A stretch of 63,181 nt of DNA, the filler included, from Reticulomyxa filosa (lineage: Eukaryota > Protista > Foraminifera): the NCBI GenBank assembly GCA_000512085.1. It is 23 parts of 23 records of this genome, joined end to end, with 100 filler letters (N's around TTAATTAATTAA, not from the genome) between each part and the next. Parts side by side here need not be neighbours in the genome. Positions count along the whole stretch, not along the records: positions 56,954 to 60,720 come from ASPP01019830.1; positions 60,821 to 63,181 come from ASPP01006827.1; 21 more parts are not named here. One strand, given 5' to 3'. How positions within the stretch are numbered: the first letter of the stretch is position 1; each line of letters begins with the position of its first letter. The notes under the pieces were generated by a model that saw only the letters and a list, made by a program, of their open reading frames with translations, ran no database searches and was not told the DNA's origin. Shown in pieces: positions 59,901-63,181 of this stretch. The position numbers and the translations under genes are program-made.

Positions 59901-60690
59901 AGAAATTGGACATGACTCCAGAAGAGCAAACACAACACACTGACCCTGCGGACGAGTTTTCCAATGAGTCGTATGTCGCATTGCTTACTGAATGTCTTGT
60001 TACGTATTTTTTAAAAAAAAATCATTATTGCTATTAAGTATACGTTTCGTTGCAAATGCTTACATTTTTTTTTTTGAATTGAATTGGGGGAAAAAAAAAG
60101 CAATTGAAAATGGGATTTATGTTGTGCCGTGGATTGGAACACATCCCATTTGGCAAAATGAAATCCAACAATGTGTTGGTCGATACAACAAGCGAACATC
60201 ATCCCTCTCCGACTGGCAGTGAGATAATCGACGTGTGGTGGTTGCTAGACGACGGGGGGCTGTCGTTGCTGGTGCCACATATATTGAGCATTGATCGCTT
60301 TTGGAGAAAATGGAGCGCACAGTACGCACACGAAGAAGAAGAAGAAAAACATAAGACTGGGCAACAAGAAGACAAAGATAGTGAAATAAAACCCAGAAAA
60401 GGAAAACACAACATTGATCGAAAAAAACCAAAGCATATCATTCGACTTTTCCTAGTCGCAGATGCCAACATTGGAGGGGAGATTTCAAAAGTGGATGGTG
60501 TCGACAACACAAATGCAAGTGTTCTAACCTTTCCGTTTTATCGTCGCAAACCTGAAAGAAATAACTTGGACGTTGTGACCTCCACTTTGACACCCAGAAG
60601 TGCGCAGATGCATCTGGAGGAGTTCACCAGAATTACTTCGCAAGGATTGGTCGATCAGAAGACATTGAAGAATGTTGAAGATACTACAGG
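56954..60690 (+). CDS. SLC12 cation-chloride cotransporter (NKCC/KCC/CCC), multi-exon, partial at both ends
   Basis: GTWDGVF...ILGVIMFLRL.FVVG, GGGAYYMVSRTIGP, YILGFAET, FFPA..ILAGANI..DL.DP.KNIP.GTL, SPGWRPSF.Y, HVKNYQP, QLAGLGKLR, IDVWWLLDDGGL. Confidence 0.95.
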
Positions 60691-60820
60691 TTTAATTTGT
60701 GTGTATTTTTTTTTTTTTTTNNNNNNNNNNNNNNNNNNNNNNNNNNNNNNNNNNNNNNNNNNNNTTAATTAATTAANNNNNNNNNNNNNNNNNNNNNNNN
60801 NNNNNNNNNNNNNNNNNNNN

Positions 60821-63150
60821 GATAATAACAATGATAATAACAATAATAATAACAATAATAATAATGCTAACCTGTGGGTACATGTGGCATGTGCCAAAGT
60901 GATCGGTCTATTTCCTCACCACCTAAGTTTGAAAGTCCCTAATTATCGCTTTGACTCTGCCAAGCCAATTGTCTTTGACAAGTTTCCAATCATCCCCAAA
61001 AAAAATGCTGACAAGCTCTGTCATATTTGCTCCATTTCTAATGTCGGTGCTTGTGTCAAATGCAGTGCTCAAAAGTGCATGCAATGGTCACATGTCATGT
61101 GCGCCTTACAAGCAGTTTTGCTTCCTTTTTATTTTGCTTATTTCGTCACATGATGCAACGTGCGAAAGGCGAACAACAAAGGGGGGGGGGGAGGAGGGAA
61201 GAAATCATTTTTTTAAAAAAGCAATTGCAATGTACTTTTTTTTTTTAAAAAATATTGCAAATGATTCAAGTCACATGTCGTATTTATTCCTTCCGATCAA
61301 ATGAAAGTTTAGCAAAAAGTCATTGATATATGTATTGTTTGTTTGTAATGGCATTGCAAAAAAAGTGCGTGTACATATACATGTATGTATGTTTTTGTAT
61401 GTATGTATAATGGATGGATGCCTGATGCGAGAAGGCTCAAGTGTTTTGTGGGAAACATAGCCAAGCGATGATGGAAGAATTGTTTGAGGAAGGGCACATA
61501 AAAAAAAAAGGGAGCCAGTCGCACATGTACATGGACACGAATGAGGACAAGGAAACAAAAATCAAACATCGCCGAAATACACCGGCCAAACTCTTGACAA
61601 GTACAAAAAAAAGAAAACATATACGACAGGACGGTGAGACCACCAAGCAATCAAAGATGGACGACTATCTACTCACTCCAAAACTCAAACACAAGAAAAC
61701 TGAAGGCGATGGTGTCGGAGTGGCAGGAGGGGAGGCACAAACACAAGTGCAAGTGCAAGCAGGAGCGTCTGAGCCTGTATCGACAAAAAAAAAAGGTCGT
61801 CCTCGCAAACGCAATTTGCGAGATGTAGACAATGGCAGCGGCAATAACCACGGTTTGCCGCCAAAGCCGTTTACACCGAGACTTTATGACTACAGTGGCA
61901 GTGTAGATGTCGCGTCGCGCTTGCACGATCCCGATGCACCTCCACCACCGCTGAAAAAACGCAAAAAAAGCACCACTGATGTGTTGTCACGAAGCAGTTT
62001 TTTTTTACGACGCTCGTCCACCAAGACTTGGCATGTGGATACAAAGTGGCATTTGTATCCTAACAAATGCGTCTTTTTAGGTAATTACCATATTTTTCTA
62101 TAATTTTTTTTTAGATAAAGGGAAAGAACACTACGAATATTATGTTATTATCTGTTATACGTGCATACGTACATATACGTATATACATACATATGTATAC
62201 ATATGCACATATATAATATATCTATATGGTGTACAGAGTCGTTATGTTTGTGCGAGGATGTAAACGATAAAAATGGATGGACAATTGAAACAACAACGAC
62301 GTTACACTCTAGAATAGCGCAGGAGACGATAGAAACGATAGAAGACTTGTGGAGCCATCGACAAAGTAATATCGTGGCAATGAATGACACACAGCGTATG
62401 TATCGCAAAGCCATTGGCTTTTCGTTGCTACGAAATCCGAATAAAGAAACGATGACTGCCGCACAATGGTCTTTGTTCGAAATTGGAGTGGATACGTACG
62501 CGTTGTTGATCAAATTGTTTTTGACAAAGACAGTCAATAGCAAATATATCACTCAAAGACGTAAAAAAAATGGAAGTATCTTGGCATGCCATTTGTTGGA
62601 TTTGGCGTTCAGTCCCTATTATTCTCATAACAAAAGTGCAAATCAACACATCGGTTATGTGGTCATTTGCAGCGAAAAAGGGATCGCTTACCAATTTTGG
62701 AAATCACTTGGATTCAAAGAATTTGAAGCACGTGAAAAAAATAATTTCTGTCGTGCTTCCATTCAAGATTTAAATCAATTCAATGATACTTTATTACTAC
62801 GAATGACCGAAGACGAATACTTACATCGATATTGCGATACAGAAGGAAAGATTGTCAAATTGAATGATCTCAAGTGGTTTGACCCAAATAACGCTAAACG
62901 GTTAATCACTGACAAGGAAATATACGAAAAAGAAAAAGATATGTCAGCGCCTTTCATCCGAGTAGGCGATATCCCGCTTTTAGAAGCTAGCAAATACACA
63001 GATCCAAATAATAATACTTGTGAATTATGTCTGAGTGCTACCGGCGTTATGTTTGAGGAATGGAAAGCCCATCATCAATATTGTCACAAAAATATTGTGT
63101 GGAAGAATCATGGAGAAGTACAACACGTGTCCACCGTTGCCATGTTTTAA
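60821..63150 (+). CDS. Chromatin protein: extended PHD finger + AT-hook + GNAT-like domain + C2H2-like tail; 5' partial, spliced
   Basis: WVHVACA...CHIC....GACVKCSAQKC..WSHVMCA...FCGKH; KKGRPRKR; RRKKNGSIL...AYQFWKSLGFKE; CELC-x13-HHQYCH. Confidence 0.72.
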
Positions 63151-63181
63151 GAAAAATTTTTTCCTTGATGTTGTGTTGGCA

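Noticed and set aside
4079-60820. Regularly recurring TTAATTAATTAA flanked by Ns, and ORFs containing X runs
   Set aside because: Artificial six-frame-stop linkers, not a biological repeat; cross-contig neighbourhoods (including bacterial genes beside eukaryotic ones) carry no information

Overview
This is not one contiguous locus. It is 23 small contigs joined by 22 artificial 100-bp linkers (N44-TTAATTAATTAA-N44, stops in all six frames). Twenty-one contigs are very AT-rich, intron-rich eukaryotic DNA. Their gene families (expanded Kelch, TPR, NACHT, CUE/PUB, RGS, many pseudogenes) resemble a rhizarian/foraminiferan genome such as Reticulomyxa filosa; this is an inference, not verified. Recognisable spliced genes are an OFA-like MFS transporter, the 3' end of adrenodoxin reductase, a ~11-kb TRIP12/UPL3-like HECT E3 ligase, a VPS9 GEF, an atypical Rab, a GT-A-like and a GT49 glycosyltransferase, a GH78 rhamnosidase, an SLC12 cotransporter, an ePHD/AT-hook/GNAT chromatin protein and an RPN2 pseudogene. 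Two GC-rich contigs are bacterial: a wlbA/GxxExxY/wlbB O-antigen fragment and a pair of tandem LuxR-type regulators. The most interesting signals lie outside the ORF track. (1) A large two-domain structured RNA-like element at ~545-1740 whose domains are interlocked by long-range complementarity. (2) A GxxExxY nuclease cassette flanked by inverted 9-bp-unit repeats that pair through G-U only on the mRNA strand. (3) A tRNA-like gene with a ~110-nt rod in place of its anticodon arm. (4) Further GC-elevated structured islands. (5) Introns with U-rich 5' ends and A-rich 3' ends that could fold back on themselves. All structures were read by eye and need computational confirmation.
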